The position numbers and the translations under genes are program-made. From Vitrella brassicaformis CCMP3155 (Eukaryota; Protista; Chromerida), in NCBI GenBank assembly GCA_001179505.1, contig CDMY01000791.1, positions 201,880 to 265,879 on the forward strand: a stretch of DNA of 64,000 bases. The letters are read 5' to 3'. Within the stretch, counting starts at the first letter, position 1, and every line of letters starts with the position of its first letter. The notes below the pieces were generated by a model. The model saw nothing but the letters and a program-made list of their open reading frames with translations, did no database searches and was not told the DNA's origin. Positions 11,961 to 23,729 of this stretch are shown here, in pieces.

Positions 11961-13537
11961 CAGACAGACAGACAAGCCACACATGAGGGATAGTTTCTGG
12001 CGGGCATACCAGCGCATGTCGTGATTTGTCGTTTCGATCAGGAGGAGATGTATTTCGCGGGTGATGACCACAACGAGTACGTCCCTCTGCGTGCTGGGGA
12101 CATCCTCCTCCTCGACCGCAAGATCGGCTGTCTCTCGTACCTCAACAGAGTCCCGGAGGGCTACGACGCCCCCACGCAGCCCCAGGGCCTCCACTCTGCC
12201 AGAGGCAAGCCCATCCCCTGCGTCCGCTTGCGCCCCCCCGGCTGGCCTCCGGGTGACTCTGCCTGGACCAAGAAGATCGTGATAGACCCGCAGGAGCTGC
12301 GCGGCCCTTCGGCCATCCCCGGCCGCGCACCCACCCTCAACGAGCTCCCAGACGTGAACAGGATGCTCGGCGATGCACTGGAGCACGCAGTAGGTGGGGC
12401 GCTGCGGTCAGCGTTCAGCCACGAGCAGCTGACGGACATCGCTCTGCTGGTGTGTGCCCGCGATACGGTGGTGAAGGCCCACGCCATCCTGACCGCCGAG
12501 GTGCCCCCCATCTCTCCGCCCACCCTGCTACCCGATGGACATATATCTGATTTTTTTGACTCGAGCATGAGGCTGACCAGGGTAGGTTTCCAGTGGGTCC
12601 ACACCGCAGCCGACGGCCAGGAGCAAGTGGTGGAGTCTTTCCCGTTCCGAATGACGAAGGTGGAGGCCAGCAACATGAACGCATCCCTCACGGCCGCCCT
12701 CATCACCCACACGCCCCCGCCCCCCACACCCAGCACATCCGTCACCCCGCGCACCATCAAGCTGCCCATCCCCTGCATCACATTCACCACGTCGACGGCC
12801 AAGCGGGCGACCAACACGACAGGGAGATCCGCGCACCTCACACCGACCACCCCTCATTCGACGGGTCCAAGTGGGCAGTGGGAGGCGGATATGCTGTCGG
12901 CCCGTCTTGCTCCGTGGCGCCGGAGGCCCTTCTCCTGCGCCACATAGCCCCCGCTGACCCAGCCACCAACAACCAGCGGCTCAACAGGTGGGGATTCGCG
13001 GGCTTCTGCGGGGGCAGCTCCGTCTACGCTGTCGCTCTCGCCCTCCCTGCGTTGCTCGTGGGGGCGCATCAGCAGTACAAGCAGCGCTCGCCAAGGGTCC
13101 GCTGGGCTCGCGAGCCATCCAACACGCCGTCGTCGTCGAATGCTGGGGAGGCACAGAGGCAGGATGTGGGCGGCGTGGTGGCGCGCATCGCTGCGTGCTA
13201 CGACCTGGTGGATGGAGATTGCCAGGATGATGGCGATAGCGACGAGAGCGACGGAGAGGATGGTGACGAGCCGGATGGGCCGGACGCACAGGGAGGAGGG
13301 CAGCCCAACGGAGATGGGACGGTGTTTGAGGCCATCGTGCGGTGCGTCAACGAGACCAGGGCGGCCTTTCGGCGGGCCGCCGAGGGCAAGTCCGTCGCCA
13401 TTCGCGAGACCGTCGAGAGCATCTGCAAGAACCTGCTGTGTCTGCGCCCCGAGGACCGACCAGTGGACAAGCTGCTGCTGGTCAAGACGGACATAGACCA
13501 GAGTTTGCAGACTCACTACAGCGTCACTCTTCGCTAG
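11745..13537 (+). pseudogene. Degenerate protein-kinase-like gene (copy K1) with apparent 1-nt frameshift near 12770
   Basis: ORF 12021-12947 carries an alphaE-like EQLTDIALLVCARDTVVKAHAIL and a decayed catalytic loop FRMTKVEASNM. ORF 12593-13537 carries SVAPEALL, SSVYAVALALPALL and LLCLRPEDRP (subdomains VIII, IX, XI). The frames switch in the C-run 12770-12773, judged by alignment to the 39 kb paralog. Confidence 0.6.
11915..11974 (+). repeat. (CAGA)n intronic microsatellite
   Basis: About 14 near-perfect CAGA units, directly visible. Confidence 0.95.
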
Positions 13538-13891
13538 AGATAGACGGATGTGTACATCGATGCACACAGGGAGATGTGTCGGTGCTCTGGGGGTGGGGCT
13601 GCCTGTGGCTGTGGCTCTGTGCATGTGTGTACAGGGGCTGGCTGGCTGCCTGGCTGGCTCATTGATGGTAGTTTGGCTGGAACGAATGGCCGCGTGTTCA
13701 TATGTGGTCTGTACCACTCGATGTTGACTGAATGCGGACTCGTGGATGGGTCAATCTTTCATGGGTCCATCGCGGGAACATCACTTGAATCAATCACTGT
13801 CTGTATGTACTCACACGTCGGCCCTCACTCACAACTCCCCACCAAAGCTAACTCAGCACTCAGCACTCCGCGGCTGTCACCGAATGCACTC

Positions 13892-14535
13892 TCACCGAAG
13901 AGCTACGTCCTGCACAAATACACATACACAGCACGCGGATGACATCAGCGAATAGATACCCCGCGTGTATCCATACCACCACTCGGCGAGTTGGAGTGAT
14001 TCGAATCTTGCCGGGAAGCCCGAGACTGTGCCGACCTGACCCAGCTGAAACGCCACGTGTGCCCCAGCTAGATGGTCGATCGTCAGGCCGTGTTCCGCCG
14101 CCTCCTCCCGCCTGGCCTTCTCGATGACGTCTCGCAGACCCACACGCTGGCCTCCCACGCCACCGATGACGAAGCACTTGCACTGGTCGAGCTGCTGCTG
14201 GAGACTCCACCCGTTCTGCGCATTGCCGCCACTCCCCTGCCCGCCAGTCTGCTGCACCACTGCTCGATTCGTCGCCACGAAACGAACGAATTTGTCGATT
14301 GCCTTCTGCACACGACGGCCGAACAGTGTCCGTGTTGTGAATGGGAGATGGGCGGGGGGGATGTCGACCAGAAAGTGGCCGATGAGTGATTCCACGCTGA
14401 TCAAGATGTCGAGGGTGCTTGCGGGCTGGTTGGTGGCCTGGGTGTTGGTCTGGGTGTTGGTCCGTATGGCCATGTGGAAGGCAGCCACGGAGCCGAGCGA
14501 TGCCTCAATCAGGCTCTCAGCACGGGTGAGCACCT
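13892..14535 (-). pseudogene. Orphan terminal exon of the ankyrin-associated lineage-specific family (family B)
   Basis: Acceptor at 14536, then VLTRAESLIEASL...FVIGGVGGQRVGLRDVIEKARREEAAEHGLTID, homologous to 47900-48040 (LFVIAGVDGRRLSLYDVIEKARRDEAAKHGLTID). No upstream ankyrin exon found. Confidence 0.55.
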
Positions 14536-15114
14536 GATGGCACAGACACGAGATAATCATGGCCGGACATGCAGGTAGGAGTGAGATGCATGGGTGTCTC
14601 CTCAGGGCTACGCCTGTCTATATTTTGTATTAGGTCCACTCCTTCCTTAACTTACGCGCACCCCTCTCGCCGAGGTGTCGGCGAGAATGGGCGGGTTTGT
14701 AAGTATGATGGGCCACCGGAAAATGACTGAGGAGACACGATGACGCTCACTGCCTTGCTTCCCGCTTCTTTTATGCAGGCAATCGCTGACTACATTTTAT
14801 ATCAGTAGAGATGTACTTCCGGGGTACGCGCTACCATGTCTGCCAAGCGGTAAACGCAGGCCACGAATGCCCTGATCTGGGATGGTACCAGACGTGCTTC
14901 TCAGACGCGGACAAGACCATGACGGCACCCAGGCGCCTTCGGTGATAAAGACTGGATAGCCCTTTTTATCGAGTACCCTTCCTTCGTGGCGCCGCGCCAG
15001 ATCATGCCAGCCAACGAGCAGCCCTTCCCCATCAGCCGTACCCTCACACCCCATATTCGACAAAACACCGATGCCGTGAAGCGCTCATCGTCGGAAGATA
15101 GAACAAACACCACG

Positions 15115-15972
15115 ATGGAAGCAGGTGACACACACAAACACAAGGCAGCGAGCGGGAGGCGCCATCAACAGTGATTGTTCTCCGTGTGGCAGTTGAGTGT
15201 GATGCTGGTGGCAATGGTGGCAGTGGATCATCTGCGACTCGTGTGCCCGGCAGTGCCACTAGTGCCGCGAATCAGCAGGTCAGCATCAGCCTTCACCAGT
15301 TGCATTTCGTTGCAGCGACGTGTAGCCTGTGTGATGCAGGCTGTCAGTGATAGTCGCTTTCATCGCATGCGGGAGCAGTTGGATCTCATGCGCGACATCG
15401 CCGACACACTACAGACACAGGTACGTGTTGTACAGACATTATGTAGCCCTGGTTGCTTCCATGGGCAAGTTAACTGCCGCCTCTGTTGGCTGTGTTTCGT
15501 GTCAGTGCGTGGACCTGTCGACAGCACAAGAGGACGTGTCTGAGCGGCTGTCTGATCGGCTGATGCGCATTGAGTCGGACCTCCACCACATGGAACAGAT
15601 CCTCGAGAGCTCACAGGTGCGCATATCGATGGGTGCGGGATGTGAGTGCACTTTCGTGAGCTCGCGTGGTGTGCCGTTAGGTTGGTGTTGGCGGGGCGAT
15701 GGCTGTAGACGAAGAGGCAAGTGAAGGACCTGACAACTCCAAATCGGACAAGGCTGTGCGAGTGGACGGTACTTGAAGAGGAAACGGGAGAGAGACCGTC
15801 ATTGACGGCTGGCAATCCCTTCCATGTGTGAATGCAGCTACTTGCAGCCGTGAGGGAGAATGATTCCCCTGCTTCTGCGGCTGCTAGTGCTAGCAGTAGC
15901 GCTGCTGCTGCTGGTGGTCGTGATACGGAGCGACACAAGGATGAAACAGCGACCCGCCACATGCGCCAAGAG

Positions 15973-16018
<46 letters not shown>

Positions 16019-17400
16019 CTGCGTGTGTGCAGGTGGTGTGTCGGAGGACTTTGAGCAAGGAGAGAGCAAAGGCCAGCAACAGCTTCAGGAGGTCAGTGTG
16101 TGAATGCACTGCCAGACATGGCTCCCGGGATTCATTGCTCTCACTCCCCTTGTCCGTCTGTCTGTCTGTCTGTCTGTCAGGGTGTCGGCCCGCTGGGTGT
16201 CGGCAGTCTGACGAGTGAGGCGCTGTGCGAGGCGACGTCATCAGGCTTCTTCCTCACCAAGATGAGCTCACTGCCGCCCGGCGGGATCGACAAGGGGCCG
16301 GCGGAGATGACAGAGGGCAACCACCACAACACGATCATCGCACCCCGTGCTCTCGACCAAAGCGCCAGCCACAGCAGAGGCCGCTCGTCATCCCTTCCGC
16401 CTCGAGTGGTGCCCCCGTCGCTGCATGATGATGCCTCACCATCTTGCCAGCGCAGCTCCGGCGGACAGGTGAAGCACGGTCAAGCAGCCCCTTGGTGGCA
16501 GCATGCAGTGTCCATATCTTTCTCCCCCGGTCTAACAGGTTCGCATAGGGGATTTCGAGTTTCTGCACCAGCTGCTTGTGCAGGTGTGGCGATGGATGGG
16601 AGGCAACACCGTGCATGAGTGTTGTTCATTCCCTCTCTTGTGTGTTCCGTGCCTTCAGAACCACGCGGTAGCTTGTATGGACGCCTCTCAGCTGCCCAAC
16701 CAGGTCAGTCGGCGTCCCGTCCCCACAGCCACGGTGGTCGTCCACAGGTCAGGCTGCGGTGCATGTGTGTTGTATGTGTGCTGGTGCAGAGTCCCATGAC
16801 GCTGAGGACCACGCGTCGGTGAAAAGAGCCCTGCAGGCAGCGAGGGACGCCCTGTGGACGGGCTTCGGGAGCCTTCAGAACATCAGATACCAGGCAGGCA
16901 CCTTGGCACGCACAACGACACACACTGCTATACATTGTATCCCTGCGGCACGTCTGTGGTGTGGCATGTGTGGTGTGTGCAGCATGACCCACAGCTCGAG
17001 GGCAACGAGTTCCACCTGCACGAGAGGGGCAGCATGTCAACTTGCAACGAGGGACCGGTAGGTAACCACCAACGCACAGAGAGGAGCGTATCTGCACTGT
17101 CGCGCCGCACTCCGTACCTATCTGTATGTCGATGGATCACCAGGCTCAATTCCGCGTGTCATCGCTCGAGCTCGCCCACGTCATGAGCTTGTTGCCTCCG
17201 TGGGACCTCGGCCGCCGTCTCCTCAGCAAGGACCTCTCCTCGCAGTCACTCCCCCGCTGCGGACGCTATGTCATCGACTGCAGTGACCCGGCAATGCGGT
17301 CTACGTGGGAGCGCATGCCGTCGGACGTGGCCCGCAAGCTGGGGCGGCGGCTGGTCAATCTCACATGTGGGTGCGCCTCGTTGAGGGTCACATGAAGGGC
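15115..17400 (+). pseudogene. Lineage-specific multi-exon gene (family A: coiled-coil leader, F-box-like segment, 'WERMP' domain), frameshifted and truncated
   Basis: Exons MEA|...SSATRVPGSATSAANQQ|AVSDSRFHRMREQLDLMRDIADTLQTQ|CVDLST...LESSQ, then ...QNIRYQ|HDPQLEGNEFHLHERG and TWERMPSDVARKLGRRLVNL. Paralogous pieces at 17.6, 28.7, 52 and 60.5 kb. Confidence 0.55.
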
Positions 17401-17577
17401 CGTAAGGAACAGGCGAGAGAGGAGGGACAGCGGCAGCCCAGCAGCAGAGGTGCACCCACAACACGTACTAATGTCGGGTTCGGGCACGTCTCAGGATGAC
17501 GACACCACTGACCAGGTGAAGCACCAAAGGCTTTCTGACGGCCATGGCCATCTCTTCCTTCTCTCTAATTCATCCAG

Positions 17578-18530
17578 AGACCCGCAGTGCATCTCGACGA
17601 AGTCCATCTCCGGCCATCGCAGGTACTGATCAGTCACGCTATGCACACTGGTGAATCTGAGCCTGCCCGGCTGCGTCTGTCAGAACAACGATGATGAGTA
17701 CAGAGCGCCGAAGACGGATCCCTCAAAGGTCGACGACACATCGCGGCCAGCTGGGAGCTCGTAAGCATCGACGCTCGGTCTCACGTGTGTGTGTGTGCGT
17801 ACCTGTGTGTGTGTGTTTGTAGCTCATCGAGCGATGCAGTGAGCGCACGGCTGCCATCTGACGCCCGTGTCGGCATCCCGCCTGCGACGGAGAAGGACAG
17901 CCCGTTGGTGAATCCTGGAGAGATGCAGACCATCAGATATCAGGTATGAGATACCCTTACCCAGCGGCGCATCGACATACATATGTATGTATGTGTGTGG
18001 TGCTGTGTGTGGTGTGCGCAGCACGACCCGCGGATTGAGGGCACCTTGTTCCATCTGGACGAGAGGGGCAACAAACCACCTCGCAACGACGGACCGGTGG
18101 GCTACCGACACACACACAGGGGAACATCGATATTGTGCCTCACACCCATGCGGCTGCGTGCGTCTGTGTGTGCGTGGATTGGTTGTCAGGCTGCGTCTCG
18201 CCTGTCGCCTCTGGATCTGGGCAACATCATCAGCTTCTCGCAGCCGTGGGACCTCTCCCAGCTGTGCTTCAGCACAGACATCGCCAGCCAGGCGCCCATA
18301 CACCAATGCGCATACCTCGCCATCGACTGGAGGGACGCGTCCACGCGAGATATGTGCCAGCGGATACCCATCCCTGCGGCCCGCCGGCTGGGGCGGCGGC
18401 TGATCAACCTCGAGACGCTGGTGGTGCGCTACCCCATTGGCAGCCCCCTCTGGTGCTTCGACGTGTGGGTCAGTATCGTTGAGGGCCACTTGGAGGGGCA
18501 CGACGCACTAGCGAGAAAGGATAATGGCGC
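17578..18530 (+). pseudogene. Family A middle segment (truncated)
   Basis: Exons ...EMQTIRYQ|HDPRIEGTLFHLDERG...MCQRIPIPAARRLGRRLINLETLVVRYP...WVSIVEGHLEGH; near-identical to 51551-52510. Confidence 0.6.
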
Positions 18531-20539
18531 ACCACGCGCGAGGGACGATGCTTCATCGGCGCGCTTTGGGTGTATCTTTGTGTGTGTGTGTCTGTGTCTG
18601 TTTGCAGGTTGTCGACTGATGCCCAGGTTGGCCATGATACTCAACCAGTCGAGGAAGCCACTTGGAGTAGACCCATACGCCTCAGAAGGTCAGTGGTGGG
18701 AGCGGGAAAGCGTCACGGGACCGTTCCCTTAACACTATCTTCCTTCAACAGATTATCGGTGCCTACATTTTATATTCGTTGAGCTTTTTCTTCCTTGAGA
18801 CCTGCACTGAGTTGCCCGCAGCTCTTCCCCCATCCGGACTCTCTGTCCTTCGGCATGAACGGACATTCAGTCTTTGCCACCTGCCCATTCGTAGGGCCCT
18901 TGTTGGTTGCAGGCACTCCACCAGTTGCTCCAGCAGGTGAGCAGGCAGAACGACTGCGACGATTCTAAACTTGTGATCGCAATGCCGTGCTGTTGCTGGT
19001 CTACACTGCCTCTTTGTCAACAGCTGGGTACAGTGGCGCGCCTGAACTCCTCGCAACTCGCCGACAAGGTCGCTGGCAGAAAGTCCATGCTCGTGACACA
19101 ATCACGTTATACTCTGTGTGTGTGGTATGTGTTTGGTGGCGTAGTCTCCCGAGACACTGGAGCGGAGCGCCCACCAGCGGCTGAGAGACCGCTTCAGGAC
19201 CGTGGCAAGTATCCTGTTGGGCTCTGCTCCCGACCTGCAGACTTACAGCACCACATGCACAGACGTCAACAGTCAGCCACCGAGCACACACACGGTGGGC
19301 ATGGATTAATTCAATGCTTGCTCTGTGTGCGCGGCTCATCGGGTACTGAGATGGATTCCCGGCGTTCTCAAGCTCCTCAGGCAGCTGACACGCGTCGACC
19401 AGATCAGCCACTTGAGACCAGCCTGTCATCCCGGGGCGGTGTCGAGGACACGTCCAAACAGCATGGTGCGCGCTGCATGGGAGGGTCCCTGCCGCATGAG
19501 ATTGGCCACACCCCGCATCTCTGACCAGATGGAGTCAAGCCAGCTTACGACCGGCTTTTCTTCCCGCTCCAATCCCCTGCTGCTGCTGCTGCTGCTGTTG
19601 TTAATGACGATGCGTCTCGTCGTGGTGTTCCTCATGAGTCAGTCTCCCCACTAGTGCCTCATGAGGTCTCTTCCCATCGCTGGTGCGTCGATGCCGGCTG
19701 CCGGCAGTGGAAGCTGCAGCAATAGTGGAGGCCAAGACGTGCACGGCCCCGCCACCGGCCCCTCGCACGACAACCCTTCCCTGTTTTTCCCGCCAGCCTT
19801 ATCTTCAGCCGGTATGCGTCTAGCGAAGATATTGAGCTGCTCGGTGCTGGCCGGCCTGCGAGGAGGCATTTCCACTTGGAGTAGACCCACACGCCTCAAA
19901 AGGCCAGTGGCTGGAGCGGGGAGGCGTCACGGGACCGTTCATTCCACTGTGAGGCATCTGCTCTCTTCTTTGAATTGGCTGATGGATCCTTATCGGTCCC
20001 CTGTCCGACCGACTCGACCAGGTGAGTCAGCACAGCCCCAGCAATAGGCGTGGCAGGGTGGTCACATAAATGGGGTACCTCTTTGTTTTGTGCTGTGGCG
20101 TCCTTCAGTCGGCCGTGGTTTGATCTCACCCACTGGCCGGTCTCCCCAGCACAGGCCGCAGTATGATGCCCAGTGGCGGCCGCCCCCGGACTTGATGGCA
20201 GTTCGCCCACCACATGCTGCTGCGCCACACGGCCCTCTACCACATCCAGTGTTTCACACCTGTCGCGTGAGCCCTCCAAGTATCGCGGATTCAGGCACCG
20301 ATCAATGCGCTTGTTTCTTGTCACAGGCACCGGAAGCACTAGCAGCAGCAGCCGGACGGCCCATTGTCGCCTTCCCTCTGTCGCCACGGAGCCAAACGTG
20401 ACCACCCCTATCACCACGTGCCCGCATCGTGGTTGTGTATGCACCTGCCCAGCTCCCGGCCACGGTCGCCCACCCCCCAGCCAATGCCGTCGTCAGGTGA
20501 CCCACCGTCACAGCCACTGCTTAGAGTGGCAGTGATATG

Positions 20540-21783
20540 CATGGACTGATGTGCGTGTGTATCGACGCAGGCGACTCATGCGCCCATGTCAAGGAAAAGG
20601 TTTCTGTCAAGGAGAAGGTCTTCTCTGGGTCAACTGATCGAGGCGTCATGAACCGCCATCCTTCGAGCGTCGGCGAACTACGCATGAAGTCCATGGAACC
20701 GGTAATCTCACTGCATTGGCATCCAGGCATCCATCGACGGACGTTGATTGCACCATTCCGTGTGCAGATGGAGAAGACTATAGCTGCGTCTACCGAGCCA
20801 GCTGCCTCGAAGCCGGGTATTACGGGCGAGTCATATGCAGCGCGGTGCGTGGAGCACGTCGTGGAGCTCTTCACCCACTATTATGCTTGGTACTGGACCC
20901 AGCAATGGGCCTCGCCCATCCCTCCCGTTGGCGGTGCTTGTGATGGTGTGGGTACAATGCCGATTGAGCCCGGCTTTGGGCCGCAGATCCAGAGGACCTT
21001 CTGCCTGCAGCCGTCCGTCAGTCTAAGGCCCAATGGACGGCATATCATCAGGCGCCATATGAGGGGCAGGAAGAGGGAGACGATAACGAGGATGAGGCCG
21101 CGGACGGGAAAGAAGAGGTAGGGAGCATAGCATTCAAACGTGCCCTTGCCTCTCTTCTCCTTTGTGCAGGACCCAGTACATGACGAGTGCCTTGCGGGGC
21201 AGCCGGTGGACGACAGGCCATCACGTGACGCATTCATTGCCTTCCACATAAGAGGCAGCGGTGTGGAACAGCAGCTCCCTGAGAAGCTGATATATCTGGC
21301 GGGCAGCAAGCTGCCGTGCGGCGAGGTGCTGGTGGGAAGACGGGACGAAGCAAGCACTCGTGACATCCACGAGGACGCCTGTCACCTTCGTGCGGCTGGA
21401 TTCGTCAAGTTCGTGCAGGCAATGAAGATCCACCTGTTCAAGCACCTGATAAAGAATGTCTCCATCAAGGTAGCGCTGAGCGAAAGAAAGAGATGCCGCA
21501 TCTCTTCGAATCCTGTCTCCCTGCGACATCGGTAAGAGAGAAGTGCCATGTGCCCTCCCTGCTGTCTGTCTCAGATATACGGCTGTCTACATTTTGTATT
21601 GGTCGAGATATTTGCCGAAGAACCACGATCCAGCCCTGGCGCATTGGACGGAGCACCGCACCTTCGGCGGTGCTCGAAGAGACGCACCCCGAGTCGGCCA
21701 ATTCTTTCTCGACAACAACGAAGTGGCGCTCATCGACAACAAGGACATGGCCACTGTTTTACAGCAAGCATCACGACGCTGAC
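20540..21783 (+). pseudogene. Fragmented gene of unknown family
   Basis: Coding-like exons (HVVELFTHYYAWYWTQQW; AAVRQSKAQWTAYHQAPYEGQEEG|DPVHDECL...KHLIKNVSIK|YTAVYILYWSRYLP) with frame breaks; 21007-21170 is duplicated at 24051-24215. Confidence 0.4.
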
Positions 21784-22345
21784 GAGCTCATGAAGGCGGG
21801 GGCGCGACCTGCTCGGTGGGACCTCGACAAGGTGGCCGGGTACGGTGACATGAGGCTCTGGCATATGTTGGCGTTCACGCGCACTTCGCCCCCGGGCAGT
21901 GCACGAGCTGCCTCGCGTCCGCCATCAAAACTGGCGCAGTCAGCATGACGCGTGAGCTGATGCTCAACAGAGACGCGATGTCCGTCGCCGCCGAAGCCCT
22001 CTGCGTGGCCCTGGAAGCCCTCTGCGTGGCCCTGGAAGACGAGCTGGACGACGAGCTGGCCTCGAGCAGGCATCGTTGGAGGAGCGGCAGCGGCTGTGCA
22101 GCCCCCTCCAAGCCAGCCGTCACTGAGCAGCCGCGCCGCAGCCAGGCAACTGTGGCGGCTGCCCGTGCCGGTGAGTCGAAGCGAGAGGCACCGGCCGCAG
22201 AAGGAGCGTCGTCAGCCCCAGCCCCAGCAGCGGCCACACCACCCAAGCTCTTTCTCCCTCCAGCAGGCCCCTTGGAGGGAATTGGCCGACTGATAGATAT
22301 GCTCGAGAGCGCCATCAGCCAGGTCCCACAAAGTTCCTTCGGCGG
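21784..22345 (+). pseudogene. Chimeric fragment: family B piece fused to Ala/Pro-rich linker and kinase-like 'DMLESAIS' piece
   Basis: 21784-22080 matches 25355-25640; 22290-22325 (LIDMLESAISQ) matches 23793-23825 and 63003-63030. Confidence 0.55.
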
Positions 22346-22399
22346 CATTGCTTCAGTGGAGTGGGGGCGGGGAGGGCTCATGCCAGCGTCGGGTGTTTC

Positions 22400-23432
22400 G
22401 GCTCATCCGGCTGCTGTATGTGCTCGACATGGATGGCGACTGGGCGGGCAGTGCGGAGCTGATCCGATTGGCAAGCCACTATCGCCGGATCGAGGGGCCG
22501 CTGCCCATGCAGCTGACGGCGGCGGATGTGCAGCACGCGGGCAGGAAGGCGAGAGTCGACAGGCGCCCGGCGAGCATGCGCCAGTACTTTCCCTTGGGCC
22601 ACCGGCTGGGGACGGGCATGACGCTGACACGTGGGGGGCGGGGCAGAGACAAGCTGGGCGACGGCATTCTGGTGGTGCACACTCGCGAGACGGTGCCCGA
22701 TGCATACAAGGATGGATTCGATGACGACGACCCTGTGTGTGGCATCACTCACTGTAAGTCGGGGGGACCAGACAGCAGAGGTGCGGTCGTGTGTGCCACG
22801 TACATAACCGTTCTCTTTGTCAATTGGTCTGTCTGTCTGTCTGTCTGCAGTCAATCCGTATCTCCATCGTGGCTTCCTCAACTTGGCGACCAATCGGTGG
22901 GTATACAACCTTCGAGCACAGCAAAACACAGGGCAGCAAGCTGTCATCCTTTTGCCTCTTCCCTTTTGCCATTTCATTCAGGATGATCCAGACCACATCA
23001 AGACAGACGTATGCAGCCAACACATCGACCAGAGCAGGCAGTGTATCGCATTCTCTGTTTCCTTCCTTCAACACCTTCAGAGTGCACTGTGTGACAAGTG
23101 TGGAGTATCTCCAGTGCCATTCGCCCGCTGCCTATGCCCTCCTGGCCCAGCAGGGGCAGCTGTGGGGCCACCGCACCATCATCGACGACCGACTCAACAG
23201 CCGGACAGTCATTCTGTGTGGTGACAAGCCTGGCGACAACTTCGCGGCCCACATTCGCATCAAGATAGACACCATCCTGTCGGCATCCATCGCGCTGTAC
23301 AGCATTGAGGAGCGCCACGGAAATCGCAGTGGTGTGGCGGGCAGTCCGTTGGCAGCTGGCGTCGCTCGTCGTGTGATGGGCGGGGATGCATGGGTGATTC
23401 TGCCAGGTATGAACGAGCATGTGGAGGGGTGA
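22400..23432 (+). pseudogene. Lineage-specific family C gene remnant
   Basis: Exons LLYVLDMDGDWAGSAELIRLASH...YKDGFDDDDPVCGITH and ...RTVILCGDKPGDNFAAHIRIKID...EHVEG*, separated by a microsatellite intron; no intact 5' end seen. Confidence 0.45.
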
Positions 23433-23729
23433 AAGGGGTGGGAGGGTTGAACTCATGTGATTGAGTCCATCCCACCTCCGTGTTCCTCAGGTTGTCCCAG
23501 TCCTAGTGGTGGTGGTGACGGTGATAGTGATGTGGCGGCGGTGAGCCACAGATGCCACCCTTCAAGTTCGCCCATCGAAAATGGTCAGCCGCGGCCAGCC
23601 ACTGTTGATGGATTGGGTTTGGTCAAACAGCTGCGGGCAGAGGGCAGACACACACAGCCAGCTGCTGATCAGACAGACGCTCTCCATTAATGTTTGTTGT
23701 GTACGTTTGTCTCCTGTCTCTTAACGCAG

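Noticed and set aside
14665-14686. 9-bp hairpin TCTCGCCGA/TCGGCGAGA
   Set aside because: Single occurrence, no covariation, chance-level length.
14790-14802. TATA box (TATAAAAT on the minus strand) at the CTACATTTTATAT motif
   Set aside because: The motif follows CAG acceptors and translates consistently as YILY in several copies, so a coding-exon origin explains it better.
21651-21675. 9-bp perfect hairpin GAGCACCGC/GCGGTGCTC as a Helitron 3' end or terminator
   Set aside because: No downstream CTRR; a few 9-bp stems are expected by chance in 64 kb of GC-rich DNA.
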